A stretch of 64,000 nt of DNA from an uncultured Pseudomonadota bacterium (GTDB lineage Bacteria > Pseudomonadota > Alphaproteobacteria > JACZXZ01), in NCBI GenBank assembly GCA_963749075.1, contig CAVVLJ010000004.1:256001-320000 (forward strand). The letters run 5' to 3'. This document shows, piece by piece, positions 19,072 to 28,536 of this stretch. Made by a program: the position numbers and the translations under genes. The notes beneath the pieces are model-generated. The model worked only from the letters and a program-made list of their open reading frames with translations, was not told where the DNA came from and did not search any database. Each line of letters begins with the position of its first letter. The first letter of the stretch is position 1.

Positions 19072-20394
19072 ATGACGACAGCAGCCGGAGGTACGAGCGA
19101 GGCCTGGCCGATCGGGAAGCGGCAGATGGTGACCGCGATCATCGCCTCGTCGCTCGGATGGGCGCTCGATCTCTTCGACCTTTTCATCCTGCTCTACGTG
19201 GCGCCGGTCATCGGCAAGCTTTTCTTTCCCTCGCAGTTTCCCACGGTCTCGCTCGCCGCGGTCTATGCCTCCTTTGCGGTGACGCTTCTGATGCGCCCGT
19301 TCGGCTCGGCGCTCTTCGGCTCCTACGCCGACCGCTTCGGGCGGCGCGGCACCATGATCGTGGCGGTCATCGGCGTCGGCATCAGCACGGCGCTCTTCGG
19401 AGCACTCCCGACCATCGCCCAGGTCGGCCTGCTGGCGCCGGCCATCTTCCTGGCACTGCGCCTGGTGCAGGGCGTCTTCGTCGGCGGCGTGGTGGCCTCC
19501 ACCCACACCATCGGCACCGAGTCCGTGCCGCCTTACTGGCGCGGCGCCATGTCGGGCCTCGTCGGCGGCGGCGGCGCCGGCATCGGAGCGCTCCTCGCCT
19601 CGATCGCCTATTTCGCCACCACCGAGGTCTTTCCCGGCGACGCCTATGCGGTGTGGGGCTGGCGCTTCATGTTCTTCTCCGGGATCATCAGCTCGGTCCT
19701 CGGCTTCTTCATCTTCAACCGTCTCGAGGAGTCGCCGGTCTGGTCGGCGCTCAAGACGGGCCGCGGCGCTGGCGCGGTCGTGCGCGCGCCGGTGCGCACG
19801 CTCTTCTCCCGCGCCTATCTGCCGATCCTCCTCGTCAACCTGATGATGACCACAGGCGGCGGCGCCGGCTATTACCTGACCTCGGGCTATCTGCCGACCT
19901 TCCTCAAGGTGGTGAGCAAGCTGCCCAGCCAAGCCACCTCCTTCATCCTCATCGCCGGCAGCATCGTCGCCATCTTCGCCTCGGTCGCCGCCGGGCACTG
20001 CAGCACCATCTGGGGGAGGAAGCGCGTGCTGCTGGCGCTGGCGCTGATCCGCATCGTCGTGCTGCCGCTCTGCTTTCTCGGCATGGCGGGGACGGCTGAG
20101 ACGGGCGTCATCGCCGCCTATGGGCTGGTGCTGACCTTCTTCGGGAATGCCGGCTACGCGCCGCTGCTGATCTTCCTCAACGAGCGCTTCCCCACGGCGC
20201 TGCGCTCGACCGGCACCGGCCTTTCGTGGAACATCGGCTTCGCCATCGGCGGCCTGATGCCGACCTTCGTCTCGCTCGCCTCGCCGACGCCCCAGGATCT
20301 GCCCGCCATGCTGGCGATCTTCGTCTTCGCCATCTCGGTGCTCTTCCTCGCCGGCGCGCTCATCATCCCGGAGACGCGGGGCAATTTCAAATAG
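19072..20394 (+). CDS. hmfT: MFS furan transporter
   Basis: GWALDLFDLFILL, VASTHTIGTESVP, GGGGAGIGALLAS resemble HmfT as recalled; multiple TM segments. Confidence 0.82.
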   Translation: MTTAAGGTSEAWPIGKRQMVTAIIASSLGWALDLFDLFILLYVAPVIGKLFFPSQFPTVSLAAVYASFAVTLLMRPFGSALFGSYADRFGRRGTMIVAVIGVGISTALFGALPTIAQVGLLAPAIFLALRLVQGVFVGGVVASTHTIGTESVPPYWRGAMSGLVGGGGAGIGALLASIAYFATTEVFPGDAYAVWGWRFMFFSGIISSVLGFFIFNRLEESPVWSALKTGRGAGAVVRAPVRTLFSRAYLPILLVNLMMTTGGGAGYYLTSGYLPTFLKVVSKLPSQATSFILIAGSIVAIFASVAAGHCSTIWGRKRVLLALALIRIVVLPLCFLGMAGTAETGVIAAYGLVLTFFGNAGYAPLLIFLNERFPTALRSTGTGLSWNIGFAIGGLMPTFVSLASPTPQDLPAMLAIFVFAISVLFLAGALIIPETRGNFK

Positions 20395-21409
20395 GCCGGC
20401 GCCGGTGGTGCGCCGCAGCGCGCGGCTGGCGCCCGCGTCGCCTGGCGATCCAGCCGGGTTGGTCGCAGATGTGCCCGAGGAACTCGACGACGGTATGGGC
20501 TCCGAGATAGGAGGTGATGCCGGTGCCCACGTCGAGCTGGGGATTGACCTCGACGAGGTCGCAGCCGACGACGTTCGTGCGCTCCGCCAGCGCCTTGAGC
20601 GTGCCGCTGAGCTCCGCATAGCTCATGCCGTTGGGCTCCGCCGAGACGCAGCCGGGCACGAGCGGGAGGTCGAGCACGTCGATGTCGATGCTCACGTAGC
20701 ATGCGGCACCTTGGGGGACCACCTCGGCGAGGCCGCGCGGCGCGAGGCGGCGGAACTCCGTCATGGTGATCACTCGGTTGCCGTCGCGGACGGAGTCCTC
20801 GACCATGTCCGGCGAATGGCGCAGGCTGCGGATGCCGACCTGCGTCAAGCTCTCGACGTGCGGCATCGGGCTGATGTGCCGGAAGGCGTGCATGTTGGTG
20901 AAGCGGAGATCGTGGATGAAGGGCGCATAGTCGGTGTGGGCGTCGAAATGGACGACGTGGAGCGGCTGGCTGTAGGCGCGGACGATCGGATAGGTGATCG
21001 AATGGTCGCCGCCCAGCACCACGACCAGGACCTTCCGCGCGAGGAGTGCGCGGACCATGGCGGTCACGTTGTCGAAGGTGCCCTCGACGTTGGTCGGCAG
21101 GATATCGGCGTCGCCGGCATCGACGATCAGCCGGTGGCGGAGCTCGTAGTCGAGATATTGCTTCCGCGTCTCCGGGTTATAGAAGCCGCCGCCGCCCGAG
21201 ACGAAGCGCAGCGAGTGCTCGCGCAGCGCGCGCGGCCCCATGCGCGAGCCGGGAAGGAAGGGCACGCCCTCGTCGAACGGCACGCCCATCACGGCGACGG
21301 CGCCCTCCAGGCGATCGAGGTCGGTTGAGATGGGGCCGCGCAGAAAGCTCGGTATGCCGACGAAGGGCTCGTCGAGCCGGCCCGCCGGCGCGCGTCGTGT
21401 TGCCGTCAT
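20387..21409 (-). CDS. Agmatinase/ureohydrolase family protein
   Basis: GVPFD, GGDHSIT, HFDAHTD, SIDIDVLD, EVNP. Confidence 0.9.
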   Translation of the reverse strand: MTATRRAPAGRLDEPFVGIPSFLRGPISTDLDRLEGAVAVMGVPFDEGVPFLPGSRMGPRALREHSLRFVSGGGGFYNPETRKQYLDYELRHRLIVDAGDADILPTNVEGTFDNVTAMVRALLARKVLVVVLGGDHSITYPIVRAYSQPLHVVHFDAHTDYAPFIHDLRFTNMHAFRHISPMPHVESLTQVGIRSLRHSPDMVEDSVRDGNRVITMTEFRRLAPRGLAEVVPQGAACYVSIDIDVLDLPLVPGCVSAEPNGMSYAELSGTLKALAERTNVVGCDLVEVNPQLDVGTGITSYLGAHTVVEFLGHICDQPGWIARRRGRQPRAAAHHRRRPI

Positions 21410-21430
21410 GAAGACCCCGCGATAGTGAGA

Positions 21431-21907
21431 CTATTCCGCCGCCTCGGGCTTGCCCGTGGGCTGCGTCCAGGTGCGGGCGGCTTCATCGTCCTCGGCGCGG
21501 GCGGCGACCCAGCGCTCGCCCTGCGGCGTCTCCTCGAGCTTCCAGAAAGGCGCCTTGGTCTTGAGCCAGTCGACGATGAAGCGGCAGGCCTCGAAGGCGG
21601 CATCTCTGTGGGCGGAGGCGACCGCCACCAGAACGATGCGCTCGCCGGGCTCGAGGCGGCCGTAGCGGTGGACGATCAGGCTCGCGGCGAGCGGCCAGCG
21701 CGCTCTCGCCTCGGCCTCGATCTCGGCGAGCTTGCGCTCGGTCATGCCGGGATAATGCTCGAGCGTCATGGCGCCGACGGCACCCGCGGGTGCCACGTCG
21801 CGCACAAGACCTACGAACGTGACGACGCCGCCGATCTTGTGGTCCCCCTCGACGAGTGCCGCTACCTCGGCGGCCGCATCGAAGTCCTCACGCTGCACGC
21901 GGATCAT
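21431..21907 (-). CDS. moaE: Molybdopterin synthase catalytic subunit
   Basis: FVGLVR, LEHYPGM, HRYG, SAHR, LKTKAPFWK. Confidence 0.95.
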   Translation of the reverse strand: MIRVQREDFDAAAEVAALVEGDHKIGGVVTFVGLVRDVAPAGAVGAMTLEHYPGMTERKLAEIEAEARARWPLAASLIVHRYGRLEPGERIVLVAVASAHRDAAFEACRFIVDWLKTKAPFWKLEETPQGERWVAARAEDDEAARTWTQPTGKPEAAE

Positions 21908-21909
21908 GC

Positions 21910-22161
21910 TCAGCCTCCCGTGAGCGGCGGGAAGAGCGCCACCTCGTCGCCGGCGGCGAGCGGGTGATGGGGCTGCGCGAATTCCTGGTTGACCGCGACG
22001 CGCACCACCGAGAGATCGCGCAAGGCCGCGGCATAGCCGGGCCCCCGCGACTTTAGCCATTCGAGGAGCGAGGCCACGTCCGCCACCTCCGCGGGCGGCG
22101 TCACCTCCTCCTCGGCCAGGCCCGTGCGCTGCTTGAGCCAGGCGAAGTACATCAGCCTCAT
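21910..22161 (-). CDS. moaD: Molybdopterin synthase sulfur carrier
   Basis: YFAWL, VAVNQ, C-terminal FPPLTGG. Confidence 0.95.
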   Translation of the reverse strand: MRLMYFAWLKQRTGLAEEEVTPPAEVADVASLLEWLKSRGPGYAAALRDLSVVRVAVNQEFAQPHHPLAAGDEVALFPPLTGG

Positions 22162-23414
22162 CAGCTCACCTCGCTGAAGGGGAGGAAATCGACCATGCTC
22201 CCGCGCTCGAGGTGGGTCAAGCTCTCCGGCAGCTCGGCCAGGCCGTCCGCCTCGACCATCGAGGAGAGGATTCCCGCCCCCTCGCGCGGGAACTTGCGCG
22301 CGACGATGCCGCCCATGCCGTCGGGCACCAGGCGCGCGCGCACCCATTCGCGCCGGCCGTCCTTCTTCTTGTGCTCGAAATCGGCGCGCACGCGGTAGAG
22401 CACCGGCTCGGTCTCGGAGCCGCCCATGAGGCGCAAGAGGAGCGGGCGGGCGAAGCGCAGGAAGGTCACCATCATGGCGACCGGATTGCCGGGCAGGCCG
22501 AGAAAGGCGGTGCTGCCGATCTGGCCGAAGGCGAGCGGCCGGCCCGGCCGCATGGCGAGGCGCCAGAAATGCAGGCGGCCGAGCGCCTCGAGTGCTGAGC
22601 GCACGTGATCCTCCTCGCCGGTCGAGACGCCGCCCGAGGTAATGATGGCGTCATGGCCGGAGGCCGCCTTGCCGAGCGCCCGCTCGATCGCCGCCCGCCG
22701 GTCGGGGAGGATGCCGAGATCGGCGACGAGGCAGCCGAGGCGCTTCAGGAGGGCCGCGAGGGTGAAGCGGTTGGCGTCGTAGACGGCGCCTGGCGGTGCG
22801 GTGCTGCCGGGCTCGGCGAGCTCGTCGCCGGTCGAGAACACGGCGACGCTGAGCGCGCGGCGGAGTGCCAAGGACGTGCGCCCGATCGAGGCGGCGAGGC
22901 CGATATCCTGGGGCCGCAGGCGCCGCCCGGCCTGGAGGATGACGGCGCCCGCCTTCACGTCCTCGCCCGACTTGCGCCGGTTGGCGCCGCGCTTGATGCC
23001 GGGGCTGACGATCACCGCAGCGCCCTCGCTGCGGCAATCCTCCTGCATCATCACGGTGTCGGCACCCGCCGGCATCACGGCGCCGGTGAAGATGCGCACG
23101 GCCTGGCCGCGCTCGAGCGGCCGGCCGAGAGGATGGCCGGCGGCGGCGCGCCCGGCGATGGCGAGCCGCGTCTCGCCGGCCGCGGCGAGATCGTCGAAGG
23201 CGAGGGCATAGCCGTCGACCGCCGAATTGTCGTGGGGCGGCACGTCGCGCCCGGCCACCACGTCCTCGGCGAGGACGCGGTCGAGCGCAGCGCCGAGCGG
23301 CACGGTCTCGGCGTCGGCCACGCAGGCGACGCGCGCGGCCAAGAGCGCCAAGGCCTCGTCGACGCTCATCAGGCGGCCGCCATGGGCGAAGCAGTCGTCG
23401 CTCAGCTGGGCCAT
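22161..23414 (-). CDS. moeA: Molybdopterin molybdenumtransferase
   Basis: NSAVDGYA, IFTGA, STGDEL, SGGVSTG, PGRP, GLPGNP. Confidence 0.95.
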   Translation of the reverse strand: MAQLSDDCFAHGGRLMSVDEALALLAARVACVADAETVPLGAALDRVLAEDVVAGRDVPPHDNSAVDGYALAFDDLAAAGETRLAIAGRAAAGHPLGRPLERGQAVRIFTGAVMPAGADTVMMQEDCRSEGAAVIVSPGIKRGANRRKSGEDVKAGAVILQAGRRLRPQDIGLAASIGRTSLALRRALSVAVFSTGDELAEPGSTAPPGAVYDANRFTLAALLKRLGCLVADLGILPDRRAAIERALGKAASGHDAIITSGGVSTGEEDHVRSALEALGRLHFWRLAMRPGRPLAFGQIGSTAFLGLPGNPVAMMVTFLRFARPLLLRLMGGSETEPVLYRVRADFEHKKKDGRREWVRARLVPDGMGGIVARKFPREGAGILSSMVEADGLAELPESLTHLERGSMVDFLPFSEVS

Positions 23415-23421
23415 GGCCGCC

Positions 23422-23940
23422 TCACGCCACGCCGCGCTCGCGCGCCGCGAGCCCGGCATGAGACACGATGAAGCCGGCGATGGCTGCGGTGTCGTCGATG
23501 TCGAACCGCGGGATGCGCAAGTTCGCCACCGGCCCGTCGCTCGCCAGCGCCACCACGTACGGATCGTCCAGGCAGAGGAGCGGCTTGCCGAGCGCCACGC
23601 GGTGGACCTCGAGCTTGTCGTGGGCGTGCGTCCTGAAGCCCTCGATGAGGAGGAGGTCGACCGGCGTCATGTAGCGGACGAGCTCCTCGACCGTCGGCTC
23701 TCGAGCGCCGCGCAGCTCGTGTTGGAGGGCGAAGCGCTTGGCCGAGCATACCATCACCTCGGTGGCGCCCGCCTGCCGGTGGCGGTAGCTGTCCTTGCCC
23801 GGCTGGTCGATGTCGAATTCGTGGTGGGCGTGCTTGATGGTCGAGACCCTGAGGCCGCGGCGCACGAGCTCGGGCAGCAGCCTGACCATGAGGGTGGTCT
23901 TGCCGCTGTCGCTCCATCCTGCAAGGCCGAATATCTTCAT
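23422..23940 (-). CDS. mobB: Molybdopterin-guanine dinucleotide biosynthesis protein B
   Basis: GWSDSGKTTL, IKHAHH, GKDSYRH, LLIEGF. Confidence 0.93.
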   Translation of the reverse strand: MKIFGLAGWSDSGKTTLMVRLLPELVRRGLRVSTIKHAHHEFDIDQPGKDSYRHRQAGATEVMVCSAKRFALQHELRGAREPTVEELVRYMTPVDLLLIEGFRTHAHDKLEVHRVALGKPLLCLDDPYVVALASDGPVANLRIPRFDIDDTAAIAGFIVSHAGLAARERGVA

Positions 23941-24021
23941 GCTCCGCTCGCGTCTGCCAAGCTATAGGCTATTGGCGGCGGGAATCGGCAAAGTCAAGTG
24001 AGAGGGACGGCGCCGGGCCGC

Positions 24022-24642
24022 TCAGGGGCTCGCCGGCGTGGCGCCCTTGACCGCACCCTTGGCCGGCGGCCGGGCCGGCGTGCGCTGCCGGTCGATGTGG
24101 CGCAGGCCCTCGCGCAGATAGTCGTAGCCCGTGATGAGGGTGAGCACGGCCGCGGCCCACAGGCCGACCACGCCGATCTCGCGCGTGTAGGGCACCACCC
24201 AGTCCCCGGCGTCGCCCACGATGAGGAAGCCGATCGCCACCATCTGGATGCCGGTCTTCCACTTGGCGAGCCTCGTCACCGGCATGCCGACGCTCAAGCT
24301 GGCGAGGAACTCGCGCAAGCCCGAGACCAGGATCTCGCGGCAGAGGATGAGGATGGCGGGAAGCAGCGTCAGGCCTCCGATGCGATCGAAAGCGGCGAGG
24401 AGGAGAAGCGTGGTGGCGACGATGAGCTTGTCGGCGATGGGGTCGAGGAGCTCGCCCAAGAGCGACTGCTCGCGCCAGGTGCGCGCGAGATAGCCGTCGA
24501 GGTAATCGGTGATGCCGGCGAGCGTGAAGAGGCCGCAGGCCGTCCAGCGCGCGCCGTTGCCCTCGACCCAGAAGAGGCCGACGAGGATCGGGATCACCGC
24601 GATGCGCGAGATGGTGAGCAGATTCGGGATGCTGGTGATCAT
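24022..24642 (-). CDS. pgsA: CDP-diacylglycerol--glycerol-3-phosphate 3-phosphatidyltransferase
   Basis: PNLLT..R, TDYLDGYLAR, LDPIADK, REILVSGLRE; follows uvrC. Confidence 0.95.
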   Translation of the reverse strand: MITSIPNLLTISRIAVIPILVGLFWVEGNGARWTACGLFTLAGITDYLDGYLARTWREQSLLGELLDPIADKLIVATTLLLLAAFDRIGGLTLLPAILILCREILVSGLREFLASLSVGMPVTRLAKWKTGIQMVAIGFLIVGDAGDWVVPYTREIGVVGLWAAAVLTLITGYDYLREGLRHIDRQRTPARPPAKGAVKGATPASP

Positions 24643-24681
24643 CGGGCAAGCCTTGCGTGCCGGGGCTGCGATATTAGGCCG

Positions 24682-26748
24682 CTAGCCCTCGGGATGGAAG
24701 TGATCATAGATCTTCCGGGCGACGGCGCCGCGGATGCCGGCAACGGCCTCGAGATCGGCGAGGCCGGCGCGCGCCACGCGTTCGGCCGAGCCGAAGTGGT
24801 GGAGGAGGGCCTTCTTGCGCTTGGCGCCGATGCCCGGCACCTCGTCGAGGCGCGAGCGCAGCGCCGACTTGGCGCGGCGCACGCGATGGCTGCCGATGGC
24901 GAAGCGGTGCGCCTCGTCGCGCAGGCGTTGGAGGAAATAGAGCACGGGATCGCGCGGCTCGAGGAGCAACGGCGGGCGCTCGGGGAGGAAGATGCGCTCC
25001 CGCCCGGCGTTGCGCTCGGGCCCCTTGGCGATGGCCGCCACCGCCACGTCGCCTATGCCGAGATCGGCGAGCACGCCGAGTGCGGCATTGAGTTGGCCCA
25101 GGCCGCCGTCGATCAGGATGAGCTCGGGCCAGTGTCCGCGCGTCCGCTCGGGGTCCTCCTTGAGCGCGCGCGCGAAGCGCCGCGTCAGCACCTCGCGCAT
25201 CATGCCGTAGTCGTCGCCCGGCACGATCTGCGGCGGTGCTAGCTCCTCATCCTTCGAGACGCGGCTTCGCCGCTCCTCAGGATGAGGAGCGAGGGGCGAG
25301 CCCTCATCCTGAGGAGGCCGCGCAGCGGCCGTCTCGCAGGATGAGGCGGGCGCCGCCGCCGTCTTGATGTTGAACTTGCGGTAGGCGCCCTTCACGAAGC
25401 CCTCGGGCCCGGCCACGATCATGGCGCCGACCGCGTTCGTGCCCATGATGTGGCTGTTGTCGTAGACCTCGATGCGCTGGGGCGGGCCCTCGAGGCCGAG
25501 CGTGGCGGCGAGCGACTCGAGGAGCTTGCGCTGGCTCGAGCTTTCCGCGAGGCGGCGGCCCAGTGCCGCCTGGGCATTGGCGAGGGCATGCTCGACCATG
25601 TTGCGCTTGGCGCCGCGCTTGGGCACCGAGAGCTCGACGTGGCGGCCGGCGCGCAAGGAGAGCGCCTCGGCGATGAGCGCGCGCTCGGGCACCGCGTGGC
25701 TCAGCAGCACGAGGGGCGGCGGCGGCTTGTTCTCGTAGAACTGCCCGATGAAGGCGCCGAGCACCTCTTCCGTGCCAAGCGTCTTCTCGTGGCGCGGATA
25801 ATAGGCGCGGTTGCCGTAGTTGCGCCCGGCGCGGAAGAAGAAGACCTGGACGCAGGTCACCCCGCCCGCCTGGTGGGCGGCGATCACGTCGGCCTGGTCG
25901 ACGCCCGCCACGTTGATGTCCTGCTTCGCCTGGATCTGGGTGAGCGCCTTGATGCGGTCGCGGTAGATCGCGGCACTCTCGAAATCGAGGCCGCCTGCCG
26001 CCTCCTGCATGAGGGCGGCGAGGCGGCGCTGGATGTCCTGGCTGCGCCCGGCGAGGAAGGCGCGCGCCTCGCGCACCAGCTCGTCGTAGGCCTCCCGCCC
26101 GACCTTGCCCACGCAAGGCCCGCTGCAGCGCTTGATCTGGAAGAGGAGGCAGGGCCGCGTGCGGCTGGCGAACACGCCGTCCGAGCAGGAGCGCAGGAGG
26201 AAGGCGCGCTCGAGCGCCGCCAGCGTCTGGCTGACGGCGCCCGCCGAGGCGAAGGGCCCGAAATATTCGCCCGGCCGGCTGCGCGCGCCGCGGTACTTGG
26301 CGATCTGCGGCCATTCGTGGTCGCCGGTGATGAGGATGTAGGGGAAGCTCTTGTCGTCGCGCAGCAGCACGTTGTAGCGCGGCGCATGGCGCTTGATGAG
26401 GTTGCTCTCGAGCAGCAGCGCCTCGACCTCGGTGTGGGTCGTCACCACCTCGACCGCCGCGGTCTCGGCGACCATGCGCTGGATGCGGTAGGAGAGGCGC
26501 TGCGGCTGCGTGTAGCTCGCGACCCGCTTGCGCAGCTCCTTGGCCTTGCCGACGTAGAGCACGTCGCCCCGCGCATCGAGCATGCGATAGACGCCCGGAG
26601 CCTCGGGCATGGTCTTGAGGGCCGTCGCGATCGCCGCGCTGCCGCGCGCGAGCCTGCCCGCCGGAAGAGCCGTGTCCGGCGTCTCGGCGTCCGCGCTCTC
26701 TTGCTCCGCTCGAAGTGCGGCGCGCTCCATTTCGCCCATGGCCGTCAT
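24682..26748 (-). CDS. uvrC: Excinuclease ABC subunit C (with in-frame repeat insertion)
   Basis: [43 protein letters not shown], HhH. Confidence 0.96.
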   Translation of the reverse strand: MTAMGEMERAALRAEQESADAETPDTALPAGRLARGSAAIATALKTMPEAPGVYRMLDARGDVLYVGKAKELRKRVASYTQPQRLSYRIQRMVAETAAVEVVTTHTEVEALLLESNLIKRHAPRYNVLLRDDKSFPYILITGDHEWPQIAKYRGARSRPGEYFGPFASAGAVSQTLAALERAFLLRSCSDGVFASRTRPCLLFQIKRCSGPCVGKVGREAYDELVREARAFLAGRSQDIQRRLAALMQEAAGGLDFESAAIYRDRIKALTQIQAKQDINVAGVDQADVIAAHQAGGVTCVQVFFFRAGRNYGNRAYYPRHEKTLGTEEVLGAFIGQFYENKPPPPLVLLSHAVPERALIAEALSLRAGRHVELSVPKRGAKRNMVEHALANAQAALGRRLAESSSQRKLLESLAATLGLEGPPQRIEVYDNSHIMGTNAVGAMIVAGPEGFVKGAYRKFNIKTAAAPASSCETAAARPPQDEGSPLAPHPEERRSRVSKDEELAPPQIVPGDDYGMMREVLTRRFARALKEDPERTRGHWPELILIDGGLGQLNAALGVLADLGIGDVAVAAIAKGPERNAGRERIFLPERPPLLLEPRDPVLYFLQRLRDEAHRFAIGSHRVRRAKSALRSRLDEVPGIGAKRKKALLHHFGSAERVARAGLADLEAVAGIRGAVARKIYDHFHPEG
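25242..25346. repeat. Palindromic repeat family B (two inverted hairpin units) inside uvrC
   Basis: GCTCCTCATCCTTCGAGACG...CTCCTCAGGATGAGGAGC plus CCTCATCCTGAGGAG...GTCTCGCAGGATGAGG; same family at 58338-58458. Confidence 0.88.
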
Positions 26749-26872
26749 TGTCGTCCGCTCTCTCGGCCGGTCAACCGTGCGCCGCAGCGAATTCTGGCGC
26801 CCGTCAATTTTTCACCACGATCTCCAAGCAATTCCAAGGGGATCGCTTTTGAGGCTCGGCGCCTCGAGTCGG

Positions 26873-26993
26873 ATATCCACGATTCCTGTGGGTAACTCTG
26901 TCGAAAATCGCCGCCGACGATAGCCCCTATCAAATGCCGCAAGGAATTCACGTAAATGCCTAAATTAGAGGCAATTATTATAACCCATTGAAT
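26873..26993. promoter_or_regulatory. DARS-like DnaA-box cluster with Fis/NtrC-like palindrome and IHF-like site
   Basis: ATATCCACG-ATTCC-TGTGGGTAA-CTC-TGTCGAAAA; TGCCT-N7-AGGCA (26957-26973); TAACCCATTGAAT (26981-26993). Confidence 0.6.
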
Positions 26994-27118
26994 TTCAATG
27001 CTTATTATGAAGTCAAGTGTAAAGAAACTGCCAAAGAAGCGATTTTGTGCGCAGCAGGCGCATGGCTAGCCGGGGCTGATTTTCGCTGTGCAAAACCTCG
27101 CCGGCGGCAGCGCGGCAA

Positions 27119-27556
27119 TTAACTTAACTTCGAAAGATTCGTGCGCGAATGCGGCTGAAACCGTTCGATTTCCACCCCGACTCCGGCGGCATCGGCATAG
27201 ACGTCGAGCTTCTCGAGACGCACCCTGGCCGCCTCCACGCGCGGGTCGGCGAGGCATAGCGCCGCAATGCGTTCGGCAAGGGTCTCGACCAGGTTGACGT
27301 GGCCTTTGGCAACCAGCCGCCGCACCGCCGAGATCACCTCGTCGTAGCAGACGACCGTCTCGTAGCGGTCCGCGAGGACGTTGGCCTCGTCGCGCACGGT
27401 GAGCGCCAGATTGAGGCGCACCCGCTGGCTGCGCCCGCGCTCATGGGCATGCACGCCGAGCTCGGCGGCGAGCTCGAGGTCGCGCACGAAGAGGCGGTGG
27501 GTGCCGCGCGGTGCCGTTGCGTCCTGCCGCACGCGCGGCTGCTCGGTCTCGCTCAT
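27119..27556 (-). CDS. folB: Dihydroneopterin aldolase
   Basis: LGVHAHE...Q.V.LNL, VCYD, NLVETLAERIA, EKLD, VGVEIER. Confidence 0.9.
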   Translation of the reverse strand: MSETEQPRVRQDATAPRGTHRLFVRDLELAAELGVHAHERGRSQRVRLNLALTVRDEANVLADRYETVVCYDEVISAVRRLVAKGHVNLVETLAERIAALCLADPRVEAARVRLEKLDVYADAAGVGVEIERFQPHSRTNLSKLS

Positions 27557-27739
27557 GGCAGCCTCAGCACCCTGAGAGCGACCGGAGGCCCGCACTCTGG
27601 GGGCCCGCTCCAGATCGTACGCCGTGGAAAGCCTTCCTCGCGGAGCCCGCACCCTGGGGACGCCATGGCGAAGCCGGCAGGAGAACCCTAACCGCAAGCG
27701 CCGTCCCCGTCCAGCATTGCCTCGCGCTGCCCTGCCGCG

Positions 27740-28510
27740 TCAGGCGGAAGCGGGGGCGCCCGGCGGGCTCGGCGGACCGCCGAGATGGTAGCCGCCGTCG
27801 AGCACGACGAGCTGACCGGTCATCGATTTCGCCGCCAGGATGAAGCGCAGCGCCGCGGCGACCTCTCCCACCGTGGCGCCGCGCCCGAGAAGGGTGGCGC
27901 GCCATTGGCGCTCGAACTGCGCCGCCGTCTGGCCGGGTCCCGGCAGCACCGGGCCGGGCCCGATCGCGTTCACCCGGATGCGCGGCGCCAGTGCCAGCGC
28001 CAGCGTCTGGGTCAGCGTCATCAGGCCGGTCTTGCTCACCGTATAGGACACATAGTGCGGCGTGAGCCGCAGCACGCGGCGATCGAGGAGGTTGACGACG
28101 GCGCCCTCGGCCGCGGCCGGAAGCTGGCGCGCGAAGGCCTGGCTCAGCACGAAGGGCGCTCTGAGGTTCGCCTCCATGTGGAGGTCCCACGAGCGGCGGC
28201 TGGCGTCGAGCGCCTCGTCGCGCTCGAAGCGCGCGGCGTTGTTGACGAGGAGGCCGAGGGGCCCCAGGGCGGCTGAGGCGCGCGCCACGAGAGGTGCGGT
28301 CTCCTCCTCGCGCGCGAGGTCGGCCGCGAGGGCAACCGCACGGCCGCCGAGTGCGGCGATCTCCGCGACGACGGCCTCCGCCGCGTCGGCGTGGCTGCGG
28401 TAATGCACGGCCACCGCGAAGCCTTGGCGGGCAAGATCGAGGGCGAGCGCGCGGCCGATGCGCTGGGCAGCACCCGTGACCAGGGCCGTCTTGGGGATGC
28501 TCTCGCTCAT
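27740..28510 (-). CDS. SDR oxidoreductase (pteridine reductase-like)
   Basis: TGAAQRIG, NNAA, YTVSK, RVNAIGPG; upstream of folB. Confidence 0.88.
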   Translation of the reverse strand: MSESIPKTALVTGAAQRIGRALALDLARQGFAVAVHYRSHADAAEAVVAEIAALGGRAVALAADLAREEETAPLVARASAALGPLGLLVNNAARFERDEALDASRRSWDLHMEANLRAPFVLSQAFARQLPAAAEGAVVNLLDRRVLRLTPHYVSYTVSKTGLMTLTQTLALALAPRIRVNAIGPGPVLPGPGQTAAQFERQWRATLLGRGATVGEVAAALRFILAAKSMTGQLVVLDGGYHLGGPPSPPGAPASA

Positions 28511-28536
28511 CCCTGTGCCATGGCCGCGGCGGCGGC

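Noticed and set aside
26800-27060. Chromosomal origin oriC
   Set aside because: Only three degenerate boxes and no dnaA, hemE, parAB or gidA context; geometry fits DARS better, though GC skew was not computed
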